Assembly (NCBI GenBank): GCA_023265685.1
Contig: JAHFSP010000002.1
Span: 5,713 to 69,712, forward strand
Origin: Candidatus Woesearchaeota archaeon
Lineage (GTDB): Archaea > Nanobdellota > Nanobdellia > Woesearchaeales > GW2011-AR9
Reading direction: 5' to 3'
DNA length: 64,000 nucleotides
The position numbers were made by a program, and so were the translations under genes. Numbering within the stretch: position 1 is the first letter of the stretch; each line of letters starts with the position of its first letter. Below are positions 1 to 9,165 of this stretch, one piece after another. The notes under the pieces are model-generated. The model was given only the letters and a program-made list of their open reading frames with translations. It did not search any database and was not told the DNA's origin.

Positions 1-501
1 ATAGTTTTCAGTAACTCCTAACCTAGATGCAAGATCTTTTCTACGTGTGCGTGCGGGAAGGTTTAATTCTTCACAAAGATCTTTTGCTTCGATTTCATAT
101 ACTTTAAGAACTTGGTTGGGTTGAAGAATATCATCTGGCTTTTGAGATAATTCATCTGCTAATTCTTCTAACAAAGAGCTTAGAGCAACTGGTTTGGCAC
201 CTTGGAGATCATATTTTATCCGAGCTAAAATGTTATTTCTATCAGAATTAAAAACGGTGTTTTCTGAGAAGCAGAGTGCTTGTGTATATTCTGGTGGTGC
301 TTCTACAACACGCATGGTAATATATTCACCTTCTTCATCGTCGTTGGTAATTCCAGAATCGAAAAGTTCAAACATCATTCCTTGAGAACGTAGAGTAACG
401 TCGTACATGCCATATAAACTAAAAAGTTCTTCATTGGTTGGAGCTTGGAATCGATAAAGACCGCCAATAATGATACGATTTCCGGAGAGTGTATCAGACA
501 T
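1..501 (-). CDS. hypothetical protein, 3'-truncated by window edge (possible HTH at visible end)
   Basis: Read by hand: ATG at 501, frame open to position 1 (MSDTLSGNRIIIGG...RRKDLASRLGVTENY); TATA-like TTATAAAA about 25 nt upstream; absent from ORF track. Confidence 0.7.
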   Translation of the reverse strand, partial: MSDTLSGNRIIIGGLYRFQAPTNEELFSLYGMYDVTLRSQGMMFELFDSGITNDDEEGEYITMRVVEAPPEYTQALCFSENTVFNSDRNNILARIKYDLQGAKPVALSSLLEELADELSQKPDDILQPNQVLKVYEIEAKDLCEELNLPARTRRKDLASRLGVTENY

Positions 502-589
502 TTATGGGCAGGTTCTAGTCCATTTTATAAGATTAATTGAACTAAAGTATTACTAAAATATTAAAGAAAGAACTAGACAAAAAGAAAAA

Positions 590-1393
590 TTACTCATTAT
601 CTCCACCTAGAATTCCACCAAGAACGCCGCCGCCAATACCTGCAACTCCGCGTTTTTCTTCTCTGCTACCAGCGTTTTGAATTCTGTCGGCGAGACGTGC
701 CAAGGGAAGGCTTTGGAGAATGATTTTGCCAGGACCACTAAGGGTGGCAAGAAATATTCCTTCGCCGCCAAAGAGAGCGTTTTTGAAGCCGCCGATAAAT
801 TGGATGTCGTAGGAGACGCTGTCTTGGAAGGCGACAATACAGCCGGTATCGACGCGTAGGGTTTCTCCTGCTTTGAGAGTTCTCTCGAGCATATTGCCAC
901 CAGCATGGATGAACGCGTGGCCGGAACCTGAGAGTTTTTGTAAAATGAAGCCTTCGCCACCAAATAATCCGGCGCCAAGACGCTTGGTAAAAGCAATGTC
1001 AATGTCAACACTGGGAACAGCACAGAGGAATGAGTCTTTTTGACAAAGATAGGTTTCTTTGCCGATTTCAAGAGTTGTAATTTTACCAGGATAGGGAGCG
1101 GCTAAGGCAACTTTGCGTGTGCCGGTGCCTTGGTAAGAAAAAGAAGAGATGAAGAGTCGATCACCAGTGAGCATACGTTTGAACCCTTTCCATAAGCCAC
1201 CACCCGTTGTGGTTTCAAGTTCAATACCTTCTTCCATGTAGAGCATAGACCCTGGTTCGGCACGAATAGCTTGATCTTTAGCGAGAGTAATTTCGATGAA
1301 CTGCATGTTGTCACCTTGGATTTTGTAAGTGAGTTTTGATGGGAGAATTAGTTTTGTTTCAGATGCTTTGGAACTTGGGGTTTTTGTGGTCAT
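590..1393 (-). CDS. TIGR00266/AIM24 family protein
   Basis: AEPGSM, LAAPYPG, GLFGGEGF, VDTGCIVAF, GPGKIILQSLP motifs. Confidence 0.9.
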   Translation of the reverse strand: MTTKTPSSKASETKLILPSKLTYKIQGDNMQFIEITLAKDQAIRAEPGSMLYMEEGIELETTTGGGLWKGFKRMLTGDRLFISSFSYQGTGTRKVALAAPYPGKITTLEIGKETYLCQKDSFLCAVPSVDIDIAFTKRLGAGLFGGEGFILQKLSGSGHAFIHAGGNMLERTLKAGETLRVDTGCIVAFQDSVSYDIQFIGGFKNALFGGEGIFLATLSGPGKIILQSLPLARLADRIQNAGSREEKRGVAGIGGGVLGGILGGDNE

Positions 1394-1453
1394 GGTAGTT
1401 GTTTGATTATTGCAATTATTATTGTTATTATAATGGTTATTATTAGGTTATTA

Positions 1454-1963
1454 TTATCGTCGTTGCCTGCGTTGTTGAGCTGGTTGGGTATAGGCAAACC
1501 AGTCTTCTCGAGTAATTTCATGGAAGTAATCTGCTTCTTCAATTAAGGTATGGGCGGCGGTTCTTTTGACAGCAGCGATTTCAACTCGTACACCTTCTGA
1601 TTTGAGATGTGTAACAAGGTCAACATAATCTGAATCCCCAGAAAGAATAATGATGGTATCAACTTTTGATGAAAGCTGGGTGGCTTTGATGGTGAGGGGA
1701 ATGTCAGCTGATTTATGACACGGAATAACGGAGCCATAATAATTAGTGTGCAAACGCTCGGCAAGTTTAGATGAAATTGCTTTGCCTTCACGGAAGTATA
1801 AGAGACGGTTAAGTCCTCTCCCATTAAGAAGTTTGGGAATTAATGAGTCGAAGTTCACCATGGTGTTGGTGTTGCCACTGTCTTCGTGGATGCTACGCTC
1901 GATGTTATTTCCGTCTACGAGAATTGCAACGCTTTGGGCTACATTAATATCCATTTTTTCCAC
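1454..1963 (-). CDS. NYN (LabA/DUF88, PIN-like) domain protein
   Basis: VAILVDGNN, KSADIPL, LSGDSDY, L..EAD.F motifs. Confidence 0.88.
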   Translation of the reverse strand: MEKMDINVAQSVAILVDGNNIERSIHEDSGNTNTMVNFDSLIPKLLNGRGLNRLLYFREGKAISSKLAERLHTNYYGSVIPCHKSADIPLTIKATQLSSKVDTIIILSGDSDYVDLVTHLKSEGVRVEIAAVKRTAAHTLIEEADYFHEITREDWFAYTQPAQQRRQRR

Positions 1964-2063
1964 CTTGTGGTTCAGAGAGTTGCGGGGTTTAATAAACTTG
2001 TGTTAGAGCTTTGACTATCAGTAATAATAAACTCAGAAATCCTGAAACCAATAGAAGTCAAAG

Positions 2064-2852
2064 TTATATCAGTTGAACATCAACATAACCCAGTAACTGC
2101 GGATGTTGAATGTCCCCAGATTTGCTGATTGGTTTTAGTTGTAAATCAGAATATTTTCCTTTTTGTCTAAAATGTTCAAATAAAATGTTATCTAATTCCT
2201 GTTCATTCCAAGTTGTACTAACTTCATCAGTTTTACAACTGGTTATTGTCGCGTAGTCTTCTCGCTCAGGATGCACTTCTAAACCATTTTGAAAAGAGCC
2301 GCTGTGGCAAGCGTACATAAAAACCGCTTTTTTTCCTGCTATCGAGTCTAATTCTTTAAGAAGAGATTGATAGGACAACCAGGAATCCCCCATTTGGATT
2401 GATCCGTTTTCTCCATGAGAAAAGATAATTACGGTGGTTAAAGTATCACTGTTACTTAGACTGGAAAAACGTTTGACAGCGTCTTTGAATTCAGGTAATA
2501 CTTGAAGTGTTCCTGGCCATATTTTAGCAACTTCTTTGTACCCGCCATTAAGGTTAACTCCCTTGTTATATAATTCTATTTCTTCTTCCAATGTGTCGTG
2601 AATTGTTGTATGAATCAATTCTGGAGATAGAGTCATTTTGCTATTACTTATTCTAGGGTTAATTACATTCAGAGGCGATCTTTCTCCTAAATCTATAGTG
2701 CCTGTCATTAATAGCTCCCAATCATAGAGAGGGAGATTTCCTGAAATGAGCGGATGCCACCTTGGGAAGCTAGGAACTGCTGCAAATCCAGTATACAAAT
2801 TTCTTCCGGCTACGAGAAGTCCGTACTTATTCTTTGGTTGAAATTGAATCAT
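2064..2852 (-). CDS. caspase/legumain-like (clan CD) cysteine peptidase domain protein
   Basis: IFSHG and FMYACHSG His/Cys dyad motifs in clan CD order. Confidence 0.65.
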   Translation of the reverse strand: MIQFQPKNKYGLLVAGRNLYTGFAAVPSFPRWHPLISGNLPLYDWELLMTGTIDLGERSPLNVINPRISNSKMTLSPELIHTTIHDTLEEEIELYNKGVNLNGGYKEVAKIWPGTLQVLPEFKDAVKRFSSLSNSDTLTTVIIFSHGENGSIQMGDSWLSYQSLLKELDSIAGKKAVFMYACHSGSFQNGLEVHPEREDYATITSCKTDEVSTTWNEQELDNILFEHFRQKGKYSDLQLKPISKSGDIQHPQLLGYVDVQLI

Positions 2853-2875
2853 TATGCAAAATTTAGCTAAAAAAC

Positions 2876-3008
2876 TGAGCCTGCCCGGACAGTCGAGCTT
2901 CGCTCTCGTTGGTTTCGTGAGCGAAACTATTCGAACCGGGGTCCTATGGTGTCATCTGGATTATTTCAGCCGAAGCCACATGTCCTATCCAGGCTAGACT
3001 ACAGGCCC
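2876..3008 (-). tRNA. tRNA-Arg(TCG) with two introns (2951-2969 at 37/38; 2890-2929 at 59/60)
   Basis: Acceptor GGGCCTG/CAGGCTC, D stem GTCT/GGAC, anticodon stem TGTGG/CCATA with CT-TCG-G, T stem CCCGG/CCGGG; both inserts fold as relaxed bulge-helix-bulge. Confidence 0.88.
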
Positions 3009-3069
3009 ATTGGGGATCATTGCTCTAAGTGCTTTTAAAAATCTTATGGTTAATAAGGTTGTAAACCAT

Positions 3070-3780
3070 TTACTTCGCTTTCGCCCAGACGCCATCAAAG
3101 TATTCTTGGAAGTGTTTGGCAATCTCCGCAGAATGGATTAAGACCGCAGTTGGGGTGTCAGACCAGGAGAGGATGAGAGTTTTATCTGCAATAACATCGA
3201 TGGTTCCGGGAACGGGAAATGAAACAGTACGAATTTTAATATGACTGGAGAGTTTGTTAGTAGGAGGTGTTGTTCCGATGCCACGCATTTCGATTTTAGC
3301 TTCTGCGAGTTTAGGGTATAGTCGTTGATAAAAGACAGCTGCTTTTTCGTCGTGAGGTGGATAGAAGAATCGTAAGATGAGATCTTTTTGTTCGAGTAAA
3401 ATTTCGTAGGCGGTTTTAAGACCTTCAAATCCAATAAAGACTTCAGCTCGAGAGCGCCCTTGATCTTTGGAGATTTGAAGTAGATCGGGAAGAAGAGAGG
3501 CAAGGATATTTTTTTGTTGCGTGACTTCGTGTTCACGCTTTGCAAGAAATTCTGAAAGACGATACGGCTCGACGGCACGATATTGTTTGGTACCGTTTAT
3601 CGTGATTTCACTGGCAAGACCTTTGGTTGTTAAGCGTTCAAGAACATCATAAACTTTTGAATACGATACGCCAGATTCTTTGACGACATCACCTACCTTA
3701 CTAGGACCACGTTTGAGTAGGGCGATGTAGACTTTACTTTCGCCTGGTGTGAGACCTAATTTTTCAAGTTGATCGTGCAT
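3070..3780 (-). CDS. TrmB family transcriptional regulator
   Basis: LEKLGLT..E.KVY..LL HTH and YSKVYDVLERL; start moved to ATG 3780, about 25 nt below a TTTATATA box. Confidence 0.88.
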   Translation of the reverse strand: MHDQLEKLGLTPGESKVYIALLKRGPSKVGDVVKESGVSYSKVYDVLERLTTKGLASEITINGTKQYRAVEPYRLSEFLAKREHEVTQQKNILASLLPDLLQISKDQGRSRAEVFIGFEGLKTAYEILLEQKDLILRFFYPPHDEKAAVFYQRLYPKLAEAKIEMRGIGTTPPTNKLSSHIKIRTVSFPVPGTIDVIADKTLILSWSDTPTAVLIHSAEIAKHFQEYFDGVWAKAK

Positions 3781-3853
3781 AGATTTGAGTAGGGGTTTGA
3801 GATATATAAACATTATGAGAGAAAAAGTTATGAAAAAATAGAGTGGGGGGAAA

Positions 3854-4183
3854 TTACTCGGGAAATTGAACTGGTTGGCTGACTTGATATTGCAATTCGC
3901 CTTCGCCACCTATTGCATGATATACATTTCGCCAGGTGTCAGTTCCTTGTGGTTTTGGAACACCATTCGCACTCATCACAGAGCCAAAATATTCGTGAAA
4001 CAATTCATCCGTGTACTCTCGCGGCTTATTTATTTCAGGAGCTGCAAACACTAAACGGGACTCTATCTTCCCTACACGGTCTACAAAAATAGGTTGTGTT
4101 GTTATTGTAAGTAAAGATGTTTTAACAGCATCTTCCAGAGGAGATCCTTTTATTGCAAATTGAATTCTATCAATAAATGTCAT
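3854..4183 (-). CDS. hypothetical protein
   Basis: 109-aa ORF with ATG and upstream TATA-like box, fills gap. Confidence 0.55.
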   Translation of the reverse strand: MTFIDRIQFAIKGSPLEDAVKTSLLTITTQPIFVDRVGKIESRLVFAAPEINKPREYTDELFHEYFGSVMSANGVPKPQGTDTWRNVYHAIGGEGELQYQVSQPVQFPE

Positions 4184-4276
4184 TTAATACAAAAAATGAA
4201 CAGTAAATAAATAGTTTTCGCTTTTTGATACTTAAATGTAGTTATTTTTTTAGCTCACGTGTTAAAATAGAGTTGC

Positions 4277-4786
4277 TTACAATTTTTTCATGAACAGATC
4301 GCACTCAATTAGTTTTTCGGTTGGCGCAATCCAATGAATACTTCCTACTGGCCGATACTCATATGATCGCCAAAAATTAAAAACCCCATTTTCTTCAAAA
4401 GGATGGTCGGGTGGAAGAGGTACATAGATGCTATTACATCCATGTTTTTTCCCAAGTTGTTCTGCTGCTTGCAGAAGTTTTCTATCGTCACCTCGCTTTT
4501 TATAATTCGTTGCCGTTGTAAATGCGGCAATAAACATCCATTTTAGAGGGAGAGAAGAACGCACCTGAAGGTTACAAAAATCGAGAGGGATATCATTTTT
4601 CTCATATATTTCCACGACAATGAATCCAACCACTTTCTCTAGTTCTTGTACCACGAAGATACCTTGAGCAAACGAAGAAAATTTCTTCACAAAATATTCT
4701 TTTGAAGCACCGGTCTCTCCATACGCCTCTTTATCAACAGCAACAAGAGAAGAGATATCAGACAGAGTGGCATGACGAATTAACAT
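4277..4786 (-). CDS. GNAT family N-acetyltransferase
   Basis: MLIRHAT..DI start, VVGFI strand, motif-A-like YKKRG..RKLL, FWRSYEY. Confidence 0.75.
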   Translation of the reverse strand: MLIRHATLSDISSLVAVDKEAYGETGASKEYFVKKFSSFAQGIFVVQELEKVVGFIVVEIYEKNDIPLDFCNLQVRSSLPLKWMFIAAFTTATNYKKRGDDRKLLQAAEQLGKKHGCNSIYVPLPPDHPFEENGVFNFWRSYEYRPVGSIHWIAPTEKLIECDLFMKKL

Positions 4787-4846
4787 GGAATAAAGAGAAT
4801 AAGAGGGGATTTAAAGTTTACCCTATATATTTTAAATTTATTTTAT

Positions 4847-5632
4847 TTACTCTAAAAAGCCAATGGCGACCATCAAAGCGATTCCTGCAACAAGGGCAAT
4901 GAAATGCCAGATGGATTCTTCTGCTTCACCGTGTTTGTGTAATTCAGGGATGAGATTTGATCCAGCAATGTAGACAAATCCGCCTGCGGCGAATGGTAAG
5001 ATGTAGGTGCTAAATGATTGCGAGGTTGATGAAAAGAATAGTCCTACGATGGCGCCGGCAATGGCAACTGCTCCTGAAGCGAAATTAAGTAATAGTGCTT
5101 TACTTTTTGAAAAACCGGAATAGAGTAGTACTCCAAAGTCAGCTAGTTCTTGGGGAACTTCGTGGAGGATGACGGCAATGGTTGTAGCGATACCAAGCTG
5201 GATATCAACAAGATAACTTGCAGCGATTACTAGTCCATCTAGAAAATTATGTAGACCATCTCCGAGAAGGTTTAAAACGCCGATATGGGTTGGTTTGTGA
5301 TTGTGATTGTTTACGGTTCCGTGTTGGTCGTGCTTGGTGAATGAATGGTGATGGCAGTGGCGCCAGTGAATAAATTTTTCTAAGACAAAAAACACGACGA
5401 CTCCTGCTAAGAGAAGCAGAGAAATCTGTAAGGTGAATCCTTGCTTTTCTACCGCCTCAGGTAATAGATGAAGGAATGCTCCCCCAAATAATGTGCCTGC
5501 AGAAAGGCTTACAAGAATTAAAAGAATTTTTTTAGAATTGCCTCTTTGGAGAAAAAATGAGAACGCACCAACAAAGGAGACTAATGATACAATGATAACG
5601 CTAAGCAACGTGTAGATTATGGCTGAGTCCAT
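4847..5632 (-). CDS. ZIP family zinc transporter
   Basis: HNFLDG and HEVPQE motifs, His-rich loop; start ATG 5632 about 25 nt below TATA. Confidence 0.92.
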   Translation of the reverse strand: MDSAIIYTLLSVIIVSLVSFVGAFSFFLQRGNSKKILLILVSLSAGTLFGGAFLHLLPEAVEKQGFTLQISLLLLAGVVVFFVLEKFIHWRHCHHHSFTKHDQHGTVNNHNHKPTHIGVLNLLGDGLHNFLDGLVIAASYLVDIQLGIATTIAVILHEVPQELADFGVLLYSGFSKSKALLLNFASGAVAIAGAIVGLFFSSTSQSFSTYILPFAAGGFVYIAGSNLIPELHKHGEAEESIWHFIALVAGIALMVAIGFLE

Positions 5633-5668
5633 AGGATAGGAAAAGCTCAACATATATAAATAGGTTAC

Positions 5669-5683
5669 TGATTTTTATTATCA
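5669..5683. promoter_or_regulatory. Fur/Zur-box-like 7-1-7 inverted repeat
   Basis: TGATTTT-T-ATTATCA versus consensus TGATAAT-N-ATTATCA, between divergent ZIP and Fur-family genes. Confidence 0.55.
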
Positions 5684-5769
5684 ATAAGAAAAATAGTTAG
5701 TTGATGGTAAAAAATGATCAGAAGATAGGTCATGTGTAAATGGATAATATTTTTTAGAAAGGTTGCATT

Positions 5770-6141
5770 ATGAAAAAAACTCGACAGACTAGGCAAAAAG
5801 AGATAATTGTGGCATCGCTGAGTCAGTTTTCTACTTTTTTTACGGCTGAAGAACTCACTTCACGTGTACAATTAAAGTCGCCAAAAATCGGGATTGCAAC
5901 GGTGTATCGCTTTCTTAAAGAGTCTGCAACACAGGGAACGTTGCATGCTTTTGGGTGTGGTAAGAAGACAGTGTATTCACGTAATCTCAAGAACCATTCT
6001 CATTTTATTTGTGAAAAATGTGGAAGTATAGAACATATCAACGTTGAGAAAATTGATTTTCTTAAAGAGCGTAATTTAGGAGAGATTTGCCATGTTCAGA
6101 TTAATGTGACAGGTGTGTGTAAGAAATGCTCTCATCCATAA
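5770..6141 (+). CDS. Fur family regulator (probably Zur-like)
   Basis: IGIATVYRFL, HSHFICEKCG, C-terminal CKKC; divergent from ZIP gene. Confidence 0.9.
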   Translation: MKKTRQTRQKEIIVASLSQFSTFFTAEELTSRVQLKSPKIGIATVYRFLKESATQGTLHAFGCGKKTVYSRNLKNHSHFICEKCGSIEHINVEKIDFLKERNLGEICHVQINVTGVCKKCSHP

Positions 6142-7198
6142 ATAAGCGTCGCATAAACATGGTGGCATAACTGCCTTTGGGCAAAAAGAAACACACTTTT
6201 AGTTTATACTTGCCTTCAAAGCATTCATCTGAATCATACTCTCCAACTTTCAAATCTTCTACTCTTACAAAAACCGAGCGCATTTCTCCTTCAAGACTTA
6301 GGTTGGGAAGTTGCCTAATTACGAAGTCAGTTGCGGTGAGATTTTCTCTTTGAAGAATAGTACTTAGTGCGTGTTGGATTTGGGGATCTGGAGATTGGAG
6401 TGTTGCAAATCCTAGAAGAGGAAATTGAAGGTGGATGAATCGTTCTTGGTCTTTGATGAAGATAAGTGAGCCTGCTGAGTAGGGGCTGGTGTAGATTTCT
6501 TTACTGTGTTGTTGTAGATACATTCCTACGGTTTCATTCCACAAATAACTTTGATAGGCATTGAGATAGAGTCTTAGAAGACGATCTGGGAGGGTACGTA
6601 GTGCGGCAATGGGGTTGGTGGGGTGGGTCGTGATATACTCTTGGCAGGAGGCGTGGTCGATGATGGTTGCAGCTTTTTTGAAGTCTTTTTTTAGTAGGGC
6701 TCTTCCTACCTCAATATTATGTTGGGAAAAGCGTTGTTCGTCAAAGTAGTTTGGACTTAAAGAAAGGTGAGGAATGGAGAGATGAGGAAAGGAGACATTG
6801 GTGTTGAGATTTCGTAGAGTTATTTGGAAATGATTACCTTCTAAGTCGCCAAGAGAGAGGGGTGTTTGGCCGTATCCGATGATCTTGAGATCAACGTTGG
6901 AGATTTTTAGGTTGGTGAGTCGTTGAGATTTTATTTCTCGTAGAGAAAAATATTGCGTCGTTATCGCGTGGGTGTCTTTGGTTCCGGCATAGCCCACATC
7001 TTTTTCTTTAATGCCGAGAATTTTAGCAAGATAAGATGCAATTTCCATGGTGGAGCGTTCTTGTTTAGTGCATTGTATATAGAGATAGGAACCTTGGTCT
7101 AAGAGGTTGAGAGATGCACGTTCTATTACAATAAAATCTTGCGGAAGATGTTTAAGTGTGTATGAGGACAATGGATTGAGGTGCTGATTGGGGTGCAT
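6101..7198 (-). CDS. truD: tRNA pseudouridine(13) synthase TruD
   Basis: DF.V.E, YAGTKD..A.T.Q, GN.F.I.LR, PNYF..QRF, F.LPKGSYAT. Confidence 0.93.
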   Translation of the reverse strand: MHPNQHLNPLSSYTLKHLPQDFIVIERASLNLLDQGSYLYIQCTKQERSTMEIASYLAKILGIKEKDVGYAGTKDTHAITTQYFSLREIKSQRLTNLKISNVDLKIIGYGQTPLSLGDLEGNHFQITLRNLNTNVSFPHLSIPHLSLSPNYFDEQRFSQHNIEVGRALLKKDFKKAATIIDHASCQEYITTHPTNPIAALRTLPDRLLRLYLNAYQSYLWNETVGMYLQQHSKEIYTSPYSAGSLIFIKDQERFIHLQFPLLGFATLQSPDPQIQHALSTILQRENLTATDFVIRQLPNLSLEGEMRSVFVRVEDLKVGEYDSDECFEGKYKLKVCFFLPKGSYATMFMRRLFMDESISYTHLSH

Positions 7199-7251
7199 TC
7201 GTTATTTAGAACAGAAGGCTTTTAAAAAAGATATGGAAAAAAGGGAGTGAA

Positions 7252-8604
7252 ATGAGATTATCTATTGCTGATGGGAGAAAAGGTTATTTTGAAGATTGGG
7301 GTCCAAGACGCATATTGCTGCAGTTTGTTGATAAAGAACCAAAAGATCCCACAACCATCTCTGATATTCGTGACCTTGCAAAGTTAGAAAAACTCGTTGT
7401 TGGTACTCCTAGCGGAGATCTTGAAGAATTACTTACAGGAGAAGCGCAGATTAATCCATTACATCTGGCAACACAAATCGCGATGTTACCAGAGGATAAA
7501 CTGCTTCTTGTTCCAGAACACTATCGGATTAACGCAGAAGGAGTACGTCAAGTCCTTTCATATAATGTAGAATCGTTAGTGCGTCTGGATAGTGCGAGGG
7601 TGCGAGAAAAATTAGGACTTCCTCGTGGGTCTAGTTCCATTCCTGCTAAGGTGCGCCGTGAATATGTTCTTACGCCGCAAAAACTCATTGGAGCAGCTTT
7701 TGATATTCTGCATGAACATAAAGAAGAGTTTGCGAATGAAGATTTTTCTTGTTATTCCTGGTTAGGGAAAGATCGACGACGGCGAGTGGTAAGTTTGTAT
7801 CGTGCTGTTCAAGGAGCGGAATTACGTGCCTATCAAAATTTTGCTGCCTATCATCTTTTGATTCCTCTGTGGCGAAAGCAAATGCGAACGGGAGTGAAAG
7901 GAAAAGACCAACAACCTCTTAGCGATGAAGAACGAGCAGATAAAAAAGAAAAAGTAGAGCGCTATGAGCGATGGGTCCATCATAATAAAATGGGGACAAT
8001 TATAAATTCATTAGAAGCGGAATGGACGGATTTAATTGAGCCTCATGCGCGAACTTTTGATTGGGCAACATCGCGATCCATGCGAGTTCCTTCACGTCTT
8101 AGTCCTCCTGCGACTTATATTACAGATATTCATCGTTTACCACGTGCTCAAGACGATACTGCATTTGCTGCGTCAGTTGTATGGGATATGGAAGGTTGTT
8201 GCCCTTGTGAAGATGCACGATTTCGCGATGATCGCAGAGCAGAAAAACCGTATGCAGGTAATTCTGAAGTCTATTTCTGCGCTCACCAGATAGCCACAGC
8301 ACATGTTTTGCGTAAAATGTATGAGAATAAAGAGCAGTCAGTGCCGTTCTTACCTTTTGTTTTGCCTACTAAGTTTATGATGGATTTTGTTGATCGATTA
8401 CGGTATCAAGCAATTATGATTACAACAGATCCGCAAACAAAACGACATTCCAAGAGAGCGTTGAATCATACGGAGATAGAAGGTTTGATGTGGAAAGCAG
8501 TAATAGAATTTGGTTATGAACGTTGTTTTACTGCTGATGTAGGTCGATTTCAAAATGAGCGGTATGATCCCCATTTAGATTTACTTAAACCTCGGTTGCG
8601 CTAA
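7252..8604 (+). CDS. hypothetical protein with SWIM-type Zn-finger motif
   Basis: CPCED...FCAHQIA (CxC-n-CxH). Confidence 0.6.
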   Translation: MRLSIADGRKGYFEDWGPRRILLQFVDKEPKDPTTISDIRDLAKLEKLVVGTPSGDLEELLTGEAQINPLHLATQIAMLPEDKLLLVPEHYRINAEGVRQVLSYNVESLVRLDSARVREKLGLPRGSSSIPAKVRREYVLTPQKLIGAAFDILHEHKEEFANEDFSCYSWLGKDRRRRVVSLYRAVQGAELRAYQNFAAYHLLIPLWRKQMRTGVKGKDQQPLSDEERADKKEKVERYERWVHHNKMGTIINSLEAEWTDLIEPHARTFDWATSRSMRVPSRLSPPATYITDIHRLPRAQDDTAFAASVVWDMEGCCPCEDARFRDDRRAEKPYAGNSEVYFCAHQIATAHVLRKMYENKEQSVPFLPFVLPTKFMMDFVDRLRYQAIMITTDPQTKRHSKRALNHTEIEGLMWKAVIEFGYERCFTADVGRFQNERYDPHLDLLKPRLR

Positions 8605-9090
8605 AAAATAGACCACTCTTGCATCTAGGGGGTTATCAAAGAAAATTTCTGCTTGGGAATTGCGGAAAAAATCGAACGCGGCGCCTTCATTTTCTTTAAG
8701 ACGCTTTTCATCGATCTTTTGAGCGTTGAAGCCTTGACCTTTCTGTTCTATTCCGATAATAAAACTTTTTTTGCCAAGCCAGAGATGAAATTTGGAAGGT
8801 ATTTTGTATTCAGAGTGACTCAGGGTATTGGAACCAACTTCGTTAAGAAAATACGCAACCTCGTCAGTGTTGTTGTGATTGATCCAATTGTAGAGGTCGT
8901 GTTTCGTGTGATATTGAGCGTTGATGAGGTCAACGATTGCCCATTTTGCTTGGCCATAGAGTTCAAGAATTTCATCTGAAGCGTAGATGGTTCGAGGCGT
9001 TTCATGAGGGTGGATGATGAACTCGTGGTGGTTTTGAGAATTGATTTTAATGAGAGCGTGGGTGAGAGTTTGGGAGTAGGAGATGGTCAT
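8581..9090 (-). CDS. degenerate GHKL/HATPase-like protein
   Basis: N-box-like LNEVGSNTLSHS and G1-like EQKGQGF. Confidence 0.45.
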   Translation of the reverse strand: MTISYSQTLTHALIKINSQNHHEFIIHPHETPRTIYASDEILELYGQAKWAIVDLINAQYHTKHDLYNWINHNNTDEVAYFLNEVGSNTLSHSEYKIPSKFHLWLGKKSFIIGIEQKGQGFNAQKIDEKRLKENEGAAFDFFRNSQAEIFFDNPLDARVVYFLAQPRFK

Positions 9091-9165
9091 GGTTTTGGGT
9101 GAATGAGTGCCAAATTAAAAGTATTCCCCAAAAATTTTAAAAAATAGACTTGGAAATGGAGATTG

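Noticed and set aside
3781..3909. N-terminal extension of the TrmB ORF (likewise the extensions of dnaJ, HTH-CBS, ZIP and the O-methyltransferase in the ORF track)
   Set aside because: Extensions overlap neighbouring genes or promoters; downstream ATGs fit family N-termini and TATA spacing
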